Under the pieces are notes generated by a model. That model was not told the DNA's origin, did no database searches, and saw only the letters and a list, made by a program, of their open reading frames with translations. The translations under genes and the position numbers were made by a program. This document shows, piece by piece, positions 44,643 through 54,868 of a DNA stretch of 64,000 bases. The DNA lies in the NCBI GenBank assembly GCA_034093895.1, contig JAXEBU010000061.1:24261-88260 (forward strand). Reading direction: 5' to 3'. This DNA comes from Candidatus Choladocola sp. (GTDB lineage Bacteria; Bacillota; Clostridia; Lachnospirales; Lachnospiraceae). Each line of letters starts with the position of its first letter. Within the stretch, counting starts at the first letter, position 1.

Positions 44643-45704
44643 ATGAGAACAGTCATGGCAGACATGCGGTACGGGATCTGTGAAGAAGAGATCCGACGGG
44701 CAGGAGAGATCATAAAGAAGGGCGGACTGGTGGCGTTTCCCACCGAGACGGTATACGGGCTCGGGGCAAATGCGCTGGACGAAGAGGCTTCGGCGAAGAT
44801 TTACCGTGCGAAGGGAAGGCCTTCTGACAATCCGTTGATTGTTCATATTGCTGACTGGGATGCGCTGGATCTTATTGTGGAAGAGATTCCGCGGGAAGCA
44901 CAGCTTCTGGCAGATGCATTCTGGCCGGGTCCGCTGACGATGATTATGAGAAAATCGGATGCGGTTCCTCTGACTACGACAGGGGGACTTTCCACTGTGG
45001 CGGTGCGGATGCCCAGTGATGAAGTGGCACTGGCACTGATCCGTGCGGGCGGCGGTTACATTGCTGCACCCAGTGCGAATACATCGGGTCGGCCAAGCCC
45101 TACAAAAGCGGAGCATGTGGCAGAAGATATGGACGGAGTCATCGATATGATTATTGACGGCGGTGAGGTTACCATCGGTCTTGAATCTACTATCGTAGAC
45201 CTGTCCGAAGGTACGCCGACGATTCTGCGTCCGGGGTATATCAATCAGGAGATGCTGGAAGAGGTTCTCGGCACAGTACAGATGGACAGAGGACTGACTT
45301 CAGATGATTCCGGTGTCCGGCCGAAGGCGCCGGGGATGAAATACCGTCATTATGCGCCGAAAGCACAGCTGTTTATTGTAGAGGGTGAAGAGAAACAGGT
45401 GCGTACCAGAATTAATGAACTGGTTGCCGCATCTCAGTCGAGGGGACAGCGTGCCGGCGTAATCGGAACGGATGAGTCACTGCTTTATTACCGCAGCGGA
45501 ATTGTGAAGTCCATTGGTTCCAGAAAGGATGAGCTTACGATTGCCCATCATCTGTACAGCATTCTGAGAGAGTTCGACGAGGCGGATGTTTCTGTGATCT
45601 ATTCGGAATCCTTTGATACACCACAGATGGGACAGGCAATTATGAACAGGCTGATCAAGGCGGCGGGTCATCAGATGATCCACGCTTCCGCAGAGAGCGG
45701 CTGA
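44643..45704 (+). CDS. tsaC: L-threonylcarbamoyladenylate synthase (Sua5/YwlC)
   Basis: VAFPTETVYGLGA, KGRPSDNPLIVH, APSANTSGRPSPT, APGMKYRHYAP. Confidence 0.95.
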   Translation: MRTVMADMRYGICEEEIRRAGEIIKKGGLVAFPTETVYGLGANALDEEASAKIYRAKGRPSDNPLIVHIADWDALDLIVEEIPREAQLLADAFWPGPLTMIMRKSDAVPLTTTGGLSTVAVRMPSDEVALALIRAGGGYIAAPSANTSGRPSPTKAEHVAEDMDGVIDMIIDGGEVTIGLESTIVDLSEGTPTILRPGYINQEMLEEVLGTVQMDRGLTSDDSGVRPKAPGMKYRHYAPKAQLFIVEGEEKQVRTRINELVAASQSRGQRAGVIGTDESLLYYRSGIVKSIGSRKDELTIAHHLYSILREFDEADVSVIYSESFDTPQMGQAIMNRLIKAAGHQMIHASAESG

Positions 45705-45758
45705 AAGACAGCCGGCCGATGAACCGGGTGAGTTTTGAAGTTACAAGGAGTTAAGAAA

Positions 45759-46226
45759 GTGAAACGATATGACAGGCTTATTTTTGTAAGCAACAGTGAT
45801 ACTGCCACAGGACCGATGGCAGAGGCTATCCTGCAGAGCAAGTTCCTTCTGGAAGATCTGTCCATTACCTCAAAAGGTGTGGTGGTTCTGTTTCCGGAGC
45901 CCATCAATCCAAAAGCGGAAGCGGTACTTGTGAGCAACGGCCTTACGATGAAGGATCATATGAGTGATCCTCTGGTGAAGGAGGATTTTGATGAGCGGAC
46001 TCTGATTATGTTTCTGAATGAGAGTCTGAAACAGAAAATACTGAAGGAATTTGAGCCGGAGCATACGGAGAATGTACATGTGCTGAACGAATATGTGGGG
46101 TCGGATTCGGACCTTATCAATCCGTATGGAGGAAGTCTTGCAGACTATGGTCAGTGTTATACAGAGTTGGAAGCTTTGGTATCAAAGCTTGTAATACAAT
46201 TAAACGAGGAGGAATTGTTATGTTAG
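45759..46226 (+). CDS. LMW phosphatase-fold protein (YwlE-like) lacking the CX5R motif
   Basis: LIFVSNSDTATGPMAE and INPYGGS; located between sua5 and rpiB. Confidence 0.78.
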   Translation: MKRYDRLIFVSNSDTATGPMAEAILQSKFLLEDLSITSKGVVVLFPEPINPKAEAVLVSNGLTMKDHMSDPLVKEDFDERTLIMFLNESLKQKILKEFEPEHTENVHVLNEYVGSDSDLINPYGGSLADYGQCYTELEALVSKLVIQLNEEELLC

Positions 46227-46654
46227 CAATAGGATGTGATCAGGGAGGCTACTCTCTGAAGCTGGAGATCATGAAGTATCTGGATGAGAAGGGAATCGAG
46301 TACAAAGACTGTGGTTCTTATTCTGCAGATCCGGTGGATTATCCGGTTTATGCAAGAAAGGTAGTGAAAGAGATCCAGTCGGGAGCATGTGACAAGGGAA
46401 TCCTGATCTGTGGAACAGGTATCGGCATTTCGATTACGGCCAACCGTTATAAGGGAATCCGTGCGGCGGTGTGCGGTGACTGCTTCAGTGCAGAAGCGAC
46501 ACGCCTTCACAACGACGCAAATATTCTTGCGCTGGGTGCACGTGTAGTCGGACCGGGACTGGCAGTGAAGATTACGGAAACCTTCCTGAATACTCCGTTC
46601 TCAGGAGCAGAACGTCATGCCCGCAGAGTACGTATGATTGATGAAGAGGAATAA
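46220..46654 (+). CDS. rpiB: Ribose-5-phosphate isomerase B
   Basis: [27 protein letters not shown]. Confidence 0.93.
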   Translation: MLAIGCDQGGYSLKLEIMKYLDEKGIEYKDCGSYSADPVDYPVYARKVVKEIQSGACDKGILICGTGIGISITANRYKGIRAAVCGDCFSAEATRLHNDANILALGARVVGPGLAVKITETFLNTPFSGAERHARRVRMIDEEE

Positions 46655-46691
46655 AAACAGTATCTGCTTTACTGACGAGGAGGAGAAAAAG

Positions 46692-47321
46692 ATGCAGAAG
46701 GTTGTTATTATGGATCATCCGCTGATCCAGCACAAAATTGGTCTGATCCGGAGATGTGAGACTGGTTCCAGAGATTTCAGAGCACTGATCGGTGAGATCG
46801 CCATGTATATGTGCTATGAAGCTACCAGAGATCTGAAACTGCAGGATGTGGAGATTGAGACTCCGATCTGCAAAACAACGGTAAAAGAACTGAGCGGAAA
46901 GAAGCTGGCAGTAGTGCCGATTCTGCGTGCCGGTCTGGGCATGGTGGACGGTATGCTGGCAATGATTCCGGCTGCAAAGGTTGGCCACATCGGGCTCTAC
47001 CGTGATCCGGAAACACTTAAACCGGTGGAGTATTACTGTAAGCTTCCGGCAGATTCCAGCGAGAGAGACGTATTTGTAGTGGATCCCATGCTGGCAACGG
47101 GAGGTTCTTCTGTGGCGGCTGTTCAGATGCTCAAGGACAAGGGTGTAAAGAACATTCGTTTTATGTGTATTATCGCAGCACCGGAAGGTGTGGAAGCCAT
47201 GAAGAAGGCACATCCGGATGTGGATCTGTATATCGGCGCGCTGGATGATCATCTCAACGACCATGGTTACATTGTTCCGGGACTGGGAGATGCCGGAGAC
47301 CGTATATTCGGTACAAAATAA
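46692..47321 (+). CDS. upp: Uracil phosphoribosyltransferase
   Basis: [32 protein letters not shown]. Confidence 0.97.
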   Translation: MQKVVIMDHPLIQHKIGLIRRCETGSRDFRALIGEIAMYMCYEATRDLKLQDVEIETPICKTTVKELSGKKLAVVPILRAGLGMVDGMLAMIPAAKVGHIGLYRDPETLKPVEYYCKLPADSSERDVFVVDPMLATGGSSVAAVQMLKDKGVKNIRFMCIIAAPEGVEAMKKAHPDVDLYIGALDDHLNDHGYIVPGLGDAGDRIFGTK

Positions 47322-47602
47322 TGAGGACAGGCAGTCGGATATGTGATATCCGGCTGCTTTTCGTTGTACAGAAAACCTTGTTTCCCATACAATGAAGCTA
47401 TTCCGCGGTGATATGGAGAAGAAAAACACAGGAATTTCTGATATCCGGGTGTACACATGTCTGAGACAGATGTTCCGCACAGAACGGATGCCATTTGAAA
47501 GACGAGCTTCCGAAACGGGCGGATCTGTGATAGAATGTACAGTAAAAGAAAAGCAGTTTGTCGGCTGCAAAAGCAGCGCATGCGAAAGAAAGGAAGAAAT
47601 CA

Positions 47603-47977
47603 ATGAAAAACAGATCACGAAACACATTGTACATGATTGCCGGATTCTATCTGGTGTATCTTGCATATCAGATGTATCATCAGCTGGGGGAAGCCGGTGA
47701 TCAGAAACCACTTTTTATTCTGTGCACCATCCTTTTTGCCGTTATCGGTGTCGGTATAGCCGGTATGGGAATGCGCAACCTGTATCGCGACAGTAAAATG
47801 CCGGATCCGGACGAGCAGGGAGAGGAAGGCAGAGCAGATGAAGAAAGCAGCGACGCGGGCAGTGAAAATGACACGGCAGACAGCAAATCTGAGGAAGAAA
47901 ACGGTGCAGGAGAAGAAAAACCGGAAGAGCTGACGACAGAAGAACAGGCAGATGCTCCTGAAGAAAGAAATGAGTGA
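47603..47977 (+). CDS. Small two-TM membrane protein with acidic tail
   Basis: RBS AAGGAAG; two hydrophobic helices. Confidence 0.7.
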   Translation: MKNRSRNTLYMIAGFYLVYLAYQMYHQLGEAGDQKPLFILCTILFAVIGVGIAGMGMRNLYRDSKMPDPDEQGEEGRADEESSDAGSENDTADSKSEEENGAGEEKPEELTTEEQADAPEERNE

Positions 47978-48130
47978 GAAAAGTGATAAAGAATTCTTAA
48001 GAATCTTTTTATGTACGTCAAACCGGGGATGTACTATACTTTCCTTAGCAGAACTGTTACGCAGAAGACAGTGACGGAAGGTATCACTTCATATATTAAC
48101 AATGTTGCAACGGAAATCGGGAGGATGGCT

Positions 48131-51100
48131 ATGCATAAAAGATTTCATAAATTAGCTGCAGTGGTTCTTGCAGTATCTCTTGCACTGCAGCAGGGAGCTG
48201 TACCGGTACTTGCAGAAGAAGTTCAGACAGAGACCCAGACGCAGACTGTAACGGAAGCACAGCTGCAGGCAGAGGCAGAGTCACAGCCGGTGACAGAAGC
48301 CCAGACTCAGGCTGTCACAGAAGCCCAGACGCAGCCGGTGACAGAAGCCCAGACCCAGGCTGCCACAGAAGCACAGACGCAGCCGGTGACAGAAGCCCAG
48401 ACTCAGGCTGCCACAGAAGCACAGACGCAGCCGGCGACAGAAGCCCAGACCCAGGCTGCCACAGAAGCACAGACGCAGCCCGTGACAGAAACGTCTGCAA
48501 AATCCGAAACGGAATCGGAGACAGAAACAGCAGATGAGACGGAAACGGAGAGCGAAAAGGAGACCGAACGTTCAGAGCGTGAAAATGACGGAAGAAAATT
48601 CACATCTTATGATCTGGAAACGGAACTGAAGACGGTACTGCCGTACCTGTTTGCTGCAGGAAATGTGACAGCAGCGGAAGATCAGCTGGAGAATCAGAAT
48701 ATTCTGGATGGTGAGGAAGGGGAGACTGCAGTTGCTTCGCTGAAGAAATTCTCCACAGAACTGGCCAATGGCCGTTCCTCTTCCGATGTAGAGGTGGTCA
48801 ATCTCTACGCAGATGAGAAGGGAAAGCTGGATACGGCTCAGCTGGATCAGCTGTATAAAAATCATGTGATTGATGTCACAAAGAAGTATTACGTTGTCAA
48901 TATCATTGCGGATGATGAGAATCAGAATCTGGATTTTTCCGGATATGATATGGTTCTGTCGGGGCAGCCGGTTGTGTATGAAGAAGAAACTCAGCCGGGC
49001 GATATTATCTACAATTTTGCTGCAATGGACGGAGATTCGTTTACAGGATACAAAGGAACGGTTACACTCGCTTCCGGAAAGGGACTTCAGGGTACGTATC
49101 TTGCACCGGAAGGGGAAGTAAATGTAAATTCCGATCTCTCAGGCGCGGTTTATGGCGATACGATCCGTGTGACGGATGCAGCGGCAGAACTTCTGCGCAT
49201 CGTATTCATCACAGGAACTCAGGAGACGGCCGCGGAAAACGATACAGAATCAGTCACAGAAGCGGCCACAGAGAGCGATACAGAACCAGCCACAGAAGCG
49301 GCCACAGAGAGCGATACAGAATCAGCCACGGAAGCGATCGCAGAGAGTGATACAGAACCAGCCACGGAAGCGGCCGCAGAGAGTGATACAGAACCAGCCA
49401 CAGAGAATGATACAGAATCAGCCACAGAAGCGGCCGCAGAGAGCGAGAGTATCGTTTCGGTGGATGTTGCTGCAGAGCAGAATACAGAAGAAACTGTTCC
49501 GGATGAAACCGGTAAGAGAATAACAGAAGACACAACGGGAGACACAATAGAAGATGCAGAAGAAGAGATTCCGCTTCTTGTGGAAGAGTCCGGGGCTGAT
49601 GTAATGACCCTCGATGCGGGGGGAGAATTCGTCTGGTATTCGGAAGAAGGAACAACATTATCCGTCAGTCTTGTTGATGCAGGTGAGGCTGGCAAGCCGG
49701 TGTCATCCGGCCTGATTACGGTGAAAGCGGCAGAGCCGATCATCGGATCGGATGGGACAGTTGTATTTGAAAAAGAATCGGAAGCAGCTTCTGCTTCTGT
49801 GGCGGGAGGATCTGCATCCATTACACTTTCTTACGGCGGAAAATACAGGCTTTCTGTTACACAGCTTCCGCAGAAAGACGGAGAGAGTCTTTATTACGGC
49901 ATAGCGGATCTCAGTTTTTCCGTGGACAGTCAGGGACAGATTGCATTTGATACTGCTTCCGGATGGGATCAGGGAAAAGGTCTGCTGACCATTCCGCTGT
50001 ATCAGAAAACGGATTCCCTGAACGGGATTGCCGTGCTGACTGTAACGGACGGTGAGTCCGGACAGATCCATGACGCTGTCTTTGTGGTAAAGGATAAAGA
50101 CGGCAGGATAATCCGCACAGCAGACGGAAATCCGAAGTATTATATCAGTTATGACGGTGAGCCGGTGGTGCTGACCGGACTTGCGGCGGGAAAATACGGT
50201 CTTTCCCAGATCAGGACGGAAGCCGGGCATCAGATTGCTCCGGACGGAGACCTGAAGTTTGAGATAAAGAATGATACGAAAACAGATATTGCAGTGATCA
50301 ATCCTGTGACGGATCCTGACAGCGGGTCTGTTACCGTATCTGCCATGGCGGTTTACAACGGTGTACTGCTGACTGCCTGTGAACAGATGCAGTCAGAATT
50401 CTGTCTTGCACTGTTTCAGGATGAGCAGCTGAAAACCAGAGTGAGCGCAGTCAGGAAACTGACGTATCAGCCGGGTGCCCAGACCAGTGAATACGTATCC
50501 TTTGACGGCCTTTCCGAAGAAACGTACTATGCGGCTGCGACGGATGAATTCGGCGAGCCGCTGCAGGATCCGCCCTACCGGCTGCAGCAGACGAACAGTG
50601 CTGAGGGAACGACGATGACTCCGGTGAAAAAAGGAGAAAAGGTCACACTTCAGTACAGCTATACGGTGGATGAGGAAGGAACGAAATATCCTTCCGGTGA
50701 TTTCAGCTATAAAGCGGTGCTCCGTCTCGATCTGGAGGTACAGGATAAGGACGGAAAAGCGCTTCCTGTGACGGAAACCTTTTACGTTAATCTTTACAGG
50801 GACAAGGCGAAAACACAGAAGGTGAACGGGACGCCTGTTGAATTTGTGATGAACGGAGCCTCCGCTCTTTCACAGAAGCTTGAGCTTACCGTTACAGAGG
50901 CTGTGGAGAAGCTTTACATAGAAGAGGTGGATCAGGACGGAAATCCGGCAGATCCCTTATCCGGTTCCTTTGCATATGCAGTGACGTACCCCGGCAATGA
51001 GAGCGGAGTCATTACGGTATCCTGCAAATCCGCATCAGATGAAAATCAGAAGCCTACAGGGCTGCAGGAAATGACCGTTGTAAAAGTGGTCAATAAACAG

Positions 51101-52672
51101 AATTCTTCTGTAGTGAAGATCAGAGTGGTGGACAGTGTGACCGGAAAGCATCTGAAGGGTGCGGTGCTCGTACTGAAAGACAGTAAGGGTAAAGTGGTAC
51201 TGACTGCAAAAAGCGAGACATTCACTTCGGAGGCTTCCGATATTGAATGGAAGGATTTTCTGGAAACAGGTAAGACGTATTATCTGTCAGAAGTGAAGGC
51301 TCCCTCCGGCTATCATCCGGAGCCGGATGTGAAATTTACGGTAAAAGCCGGTGTCGAGACAGTAGTGGAAATGAAAAACGAAGCTGTCAGCGGATCGGAT
51401 AACTGTACACTGACTGTTACAAAACAGGTATACAGCGGAGAAAATCAGGTATACGCATACGATACAACGAACGGAAAGTATGCGTCAGAAGGCAGATACA
51501 CGTTTTACGCAGCGCTGTTTTCGGATTCATCCCGCACGAAAAAAGTCAGTGATGTGCAGGAGATCACGGTTGCCGGCTTCGGCGGAACAACGACTTTCAA
51601 AAAACTGAAGAAAAATACCACGTATTATTTAGCCGAGACGGATCAGTACGGTACAGTTGTTTCTTCCGGCAGCAAGCTGACTGTGAAGTATACGGATCAG
51701 GGAAAGGTGCATACATCGGAGAAAAACAGATCAGCCGTGATCCAGAACGTGTACAGCAGTCTGCCGAAGGGATACCGCAACACGGGAACACTGACGATTA
51801 CGAAAAAAGTAACGGATGCTTCCGGAGCGGCCAGCCAGGAGACGGAAACCTTTTACGCAGGTATATACAGAACATCGGATTACAGCGATACACCGACGAT
51901 TGTGAAGCTGGAGCTGCAGGGAAGTTCCTCTGTGTCTGTAAAGAGAAGGATTCTTCTTTCCGGAAACAGCAGCATGAGTTATTATATTGCAGAGGTCGAT
52001 GAAAACGGCAGCAGGATTACAGATTCCTCAGATTTCGGGTATACGGTTACGGTGGACCAGCCGCAGGTAACGATTGGCGGCGGTGATGATAAAGATGTAA
52101 CCATCACGAATAAAGCAAAATCCTCCAAAGTGACGCTGTATCTGACAAAGAAGGTTTACGACGGAGCACAGCCAAAGGCAGTCGAAGATACCTTTTACGC
52201 AGGTCTGTTTAAAGATCCGGAGTTTACAAAACCGTATACAAAACCGATACCCATGAAGATGAACGGAAAAAGCGAACTGACACTGAAGCTTTCGCTGAAT
52301 CTGGGCTCTGCCTCCGGTGCCAATATTTATATTGCAGAGGTGGATGCAGACGGTACCGTTATAAAAAATCAGAGGGAATTCGGATATGAGATCAAACTGA
52401 TTAACTCAACAGCTGCATTTACGCAGGAAAAACGGGAAGTACAGACGATTCTGATGAATTCCGTCTTCGGAACCACTTCTTCCGAAGACTGGAGAAATAT
52501 TATAGGAGGAGAAGGATACGATCCGAATGGCGGAGAGGTGACCGGAAACGGGACGGCTTCCGCTGTGGAGACGGGAGACGATACGCCGGTAATGTGGTAT
52601 CTGCTTCTGATGGTATGCTCCCTTGCCGTACTGCTTGGATGCATCAGAAAAAGGCGTGAAGGCTTTCAATAA
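48131..52672 (+). CDS. Large sortase-anchored adhesin-like protein (SpaA/Cna-B-like domains)
   Basis: Signal peptide; LKGAVLVL...YYLSEVKAPSGY; C-terminal VETGD + TM + RKRR. Confidence 0.85.
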   Translation: MHKRFHKLAAVVLAVSLALQQGAVPVLAEEVQTETQTQTVTEAQLQAEAESQPVTEAQTQAVTEAQTQPVTEAQTQAATEAQTQPVTEAQTQAATEAQTQPATEAQTQAATEAQTQPVTETSAKSETESETETADETETESEKETERSERENDGRKFTSYDLETELKTVLPYLFAAGNVTAAEDQLENQNILDGEEGETAVASLKKFSTELANGRSSSDVEVVNLYADEKGKLDTAQLDQLYKNHVIDVTKKYYVVNIIADDENQNLDFSGYDMVLSGQPVVYEEETQPGDIIYNFAAMDGDSFTGYKGTVTLASGKGLQGTYLAPEGEVNVNSDLSGAVYGDTIRVTDAAAELLRIVFITGTQETAAENDTESVTEAATESDTEPATEAATESDTESATEAIAESDTEPATEAAAESDTEPATENDTESATEAAAESESIVSVDVAAEQNTEETVPDETGKRITEDTTGDTIEDAEEEIPLLVEESGADVMTLDAGGEFVWYSEEGTTLSVSLVDAGEAGKPVSSGLITVKAAEPIIGSDGTVVFEKESEAASASVAGGSASITLSYGGKYRLSVTQLPQKDGESLYYGIADLSFSVDSQGQIAFDTASGWDQGKGLLTIPLYQKTDSLNGIAVLTVTDGESGQIHDAVFVVKDKDGRIIRTADGNPKYYISYDGEPVVLTGLAAGKYGLSQIRTEAGHQIAPDGDLKFEIKNDTKTDIAVINPVTDPDSGSVTVSAMAVYNGVLLTACEQMQSEFCLALFQDEQLKTRVSAVRKLTYQPGAQTSEYVSFDGLSEETYYAAATDEFGEPLQDPPYRLQQTNSAEGTTMTPVKKGEKVTLQYSYTVDEEGTKYPSGDFSYKAVLRLDLEVQDKDGKALPVTETFYVNLYRDKAKTQKVNGTPVEFVMNGASALSQKLELTVTEAVEKLYIEEVDQDGNPADPLSGSFAYAVTYPGNESGVITVSCKSASDENQKPTGLQEMTVVKVVNKQNSSVVKIRVVDSVTGKHLKGAVLVLKDSKGKVVLTAKSETFTSEASDIEWKDFLETGKTYYLSEVKAPSGYHPEPDVKFTVKAGVETVVEMKNEAVSGSDNCTLTVTKQVYSGENQVYAYDTTNGKYASEGRYTFYAALFSDSSRTKKVSDVQEITVAGFGGTTTFKKLKKNTTYYLAETDQYGTVVSSGSKLTVKYTDQGKVHTSEKNRSAVIQNVYSSLPKGYRNTGTLTITKKVTDASGAASQETETFYAGIYRTSDYSDTPTIVKLELQGSSSVSVKRRILLSGNSSMSYYIAEVDENGSRITDSSDFGYTVTVDQPQVTIGGGDDKDVTITNKAKSSKVTLYLTKKVYDGAQPKAVEDTFYAGLFKDPEFTKPYTKPIPMKMNGKSELTLKLSLNLGSASGANIYIAEVDADGTVIKNQREFGYEIKLINSTAAFTQEKREVQTILMNSVFGTTSSEDWRNIIGGEGYDPNGGEVTGNGTASAVETGDDTPVMWYLLLMVCSLAVLLGCIRKRREGFQ
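48286..48490 (+). repeat. Intragenic 24-bp tandem repeats (TEAQTQ[A/P][V/A])
   Basis: About 8 units of ACAGAAGC(C/A)CAGAC... Confidence 0.9.
49238..49447 (+). repeat. Intragenic 36-bp tandem repeats (SDTE[P/S]ATEAATE)
   Basis: Repeated GATACAGAA(T/C)CAGCCAC(A/G)GAAGCG. Confidence 0.85.
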
Positions 52673-52738
52673 AGACTGAGCTTTCTTTCTTACGGTTCGC
52701 GTTCAGCCGGGAAATACAGGACATAACGACAAAAAATG

Positions 52739-52810
52739 AAGGGGCTGCTGCAGAATATATTCAAAGGGATATCGGAAATCCCTGAGAAATATCCTGCAGC
52801 AGTCCCTTTT
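52739..52810. terminator. Bidirectional terminator
   Basis: AAGGGGCTGCTGCAG...CTGCAGCAGTCCCTTT between convergent genes. Confidence 0.7.
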
Positions 52811-53702
52811 ATCTGTATTTCTGCAGCAGTTCTTCCGGCATTTTTTTTGTGGCTGTGATGGCGATGGAGCCGGCTCCGATATGGCAGGCTACGCTTAAGG
52901 AAAGCGGATCCACGGTCAGAGGATGGTTCGGGAAAGCTTCTGCCACCTCATCCTTCCAGGAATTGATCTCAGTCATATCAGTTCCGGAATATGCCAGAGC
53001 GAAGTGAATGTTGGAATAATCTTCGTCTGCTCCGAAACGCTCTCTGCAGTCCCTGCGAATTGCTTCCAGCATGGTTGCACGGGCTGCCTTCATGGTTCTG
53101 CTCTTTGCGTAGGCATCCAGCTTTTCACCCTGAATCTGCAGGACGGGTTTCAGACGGAGCAGTGTCCCCAGTGCAGCGGCAGCCGGTGTGATCCGTCCGC
53201 CTTTTTTCAGATAATACAGAGTGGAGAGCGTGATATAAATCGTGGAATCGGAAGCGGTTTCTTCCAGATACTGTTTGATTTTATCGCCTTTCCATCCTGC
53301 ATCAGCCAGTGCTTTCGCATCGATGACAGACTGTTTCTGTGTGACGGAAATTCTTCTGTTGTCTACCACATGGACTTTTCCGTCATATTCCTGCGCCATT
53401 GCTGCTGCTGCGTTGCAGGAACCGCTCAGGCCGCTGGACATGGGAATGTGTACAATTTCATCGTGGGTTTTCAGAAGCTCGTCCCACAGCTCCGTTACAT
53501 CGGCAAGCGACGGCATGGAGGTGGAAATATTGGCATTTTCGCCCAGATACTGATAGAACATATCCTGGGACAGAGTAGTTTCTTCGTAATACAGTTTTTC
53601 ATTGATATAAAAGGGCATCGGCAATACGGAAATTCCGAGTTCTGCTGCGAGAGCACCGGTGATTCCGCTGTTGCTGTCTGTCACAATGGCTGTTTTTCCC
53701 AT
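52809..53702 (-). CDS. DegV family fatty-acid-binding protein
   Basis: IVTDS, STSMPS, SSGLSGS, YLKKGGRI, HIGAG. Confidence 0.93.
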   Translation of the reverse strand: MGKTAIVTDSNSGITGALAAELGISVLPMPFYINEKLYYEETTLSQDMFYQYLGENANISTSMPSLADVTELWDELLKTHDEIVHIPMSSGLSGSCNAAAAMAQEYDGKVHVVDNRRISVTQKQSVIDAKALADAGWKGDKIKQYLEETASDSTIYITLSTLYYLKKGGRITPAAAALGTLLRLKPVLQIQGEKLDAYAKSRTMKAARATMLEAIRRDCRERFGADEDYSNIHFALAYSGTDMTEINSWKDEVAEAFPNHPLTVDPLSLSVACHIGAGSIAITATKKMPEELLQKYR

Positions 53703-53910
53703 AATACCTCCTTAAATTCAGACAGTACATTTTTGATTTTATACAAACGGGAAACGCAGACTGACTCTGCATTATCTTTTAACTATAACACAGATTGATT
53801 TGTATCGCAATGAAAGAATTTGGCTTGCGTTTCTTTCACTCAGACGGTATACTATAGAAGATAAAGTGACAGAAAACGAATGATCTTACTGAGGGAAAGG
53901 AAAGAGAAGC

Positions 53911-54321
53911 ATGGAACTTTTAGAGACAACGCTCCATTCTTTTGCAAATCTGGCAATCCTGCTTTTTGAGTATATCGGAGTCGGCATTATTACATTTTCC
54001 GGAATTCAGGGCATCGTGAATTACGTACGCAGGAATCCGGATACGAGGCTGATTCTGGCAAAAGGACTGGCCATGGGACTGGAATTCAAGCTGGGCAGCG
54101 AGATTCTCCGTACAGTAATTGTCCGCAGTATGAGTGAGATTTATATTGTGACGGGAATTATTGCGCTCCGGGCGATTCTGACCGTTCTCATTCACTGGGA
54201 AATCCGCAACGAAGAGAAAATGCAGACAACGGAAATGCCCGCTTCGGTGACATCTTCTGATGATACGACTGCTGAAGGGACACCGGTGCAGACAGCAGCT
54301 TCCAAAACGACGGATAACTGA
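53911..54321 (+). CDS. DUF1622 domain membrane protein
   Basis: LAKGLAMGLEFKLGSEILRTV, IIALRAILT. Confidence 0.85.
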   Translation: MELLETTLHSFANLAILLFEYIGVGIITFSGIQGIVNYVRRNPDTRLILAKGLAMGLEFKLGSEILRTVIVRSMSEIYIVTGIIALRAILTVLIHWEIRNEEKMQTTEMPASVTSSDDTTAEGTPVQTAASKTTDN

Positions 54322-54325
54322 ATCA

Positions 54326-54856
54326 TTATCCCTGCATTGCGCCGGCCAGCAGGACGCTGACAGCAATACCGGAAAGGGAAGCCAACAGCGCGCCACACAG
54401 TGTATGGCGCGTTTTTTTAATGCCGGCGGTCATGAAATAAATGCTCATGGTATAAAAAATCGTTTCGGTACAGCACATCATCAGTGAGGCGCTCAGACCG
54501 ATCTTTGAGTCGGTTCCGTATTCTTTGTAGATATCAAGCAGAAGCCCGGTGGCTGCACTGGAAGAAAACATGCGCAGAATCGTCAGGGGAACGAGAGGCG
54601 CCGGAAAAGACAGCACAGATACGTACTTTTCCAGTACAGATCCCACCAGATCCAGGAATCCGGAGGACCGCAGTATGGAGGTGGCCACCATCAGGCCAAT
54701 CAGTGTGGGGACAATTTTTACGACAGTGGCAAGACCGTCTTTTGCTCCCCGGACAAAGCTGTAATAAACAGGTATCTTTGCCAGTAGTCCGTATCCGATC
54801 ACGTAAAAAATCAGGAACGGAATGATAAACTGTGAAAGATAAACGATAAACTGCAT
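54326..54856 (-). CDS. spmB: Spore maturation protein B (nucleoside recognition domain)
   Basis: FVRGAKDG, ETIFYTMSIYF...IKKTRH. Confidence 0.85.
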   Translation of the reverse strand: MQFIVYLSQFIIPFLIFYVIGYGLLAKIPVYYSFVRGAKDGLATVVKIVPTLIGLMVATSILRSSGFLDLVGSVLEKYVSVLSFPAPLVPLTILRMFSSSAATGLLLDIYKEYGTDSKIGLSASLMMCCTETIFYTMSIYFMTAGIKKTRHTLCGALLASLSGIAVSVLLAGAMQG

Positions 54857-54868
54857 AATACCTCCCGG

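Noticed and set aside
48286-49447. Tandem repeats as a CRISPR array
   Set aside because: In-frame coding repeats without unique spacers
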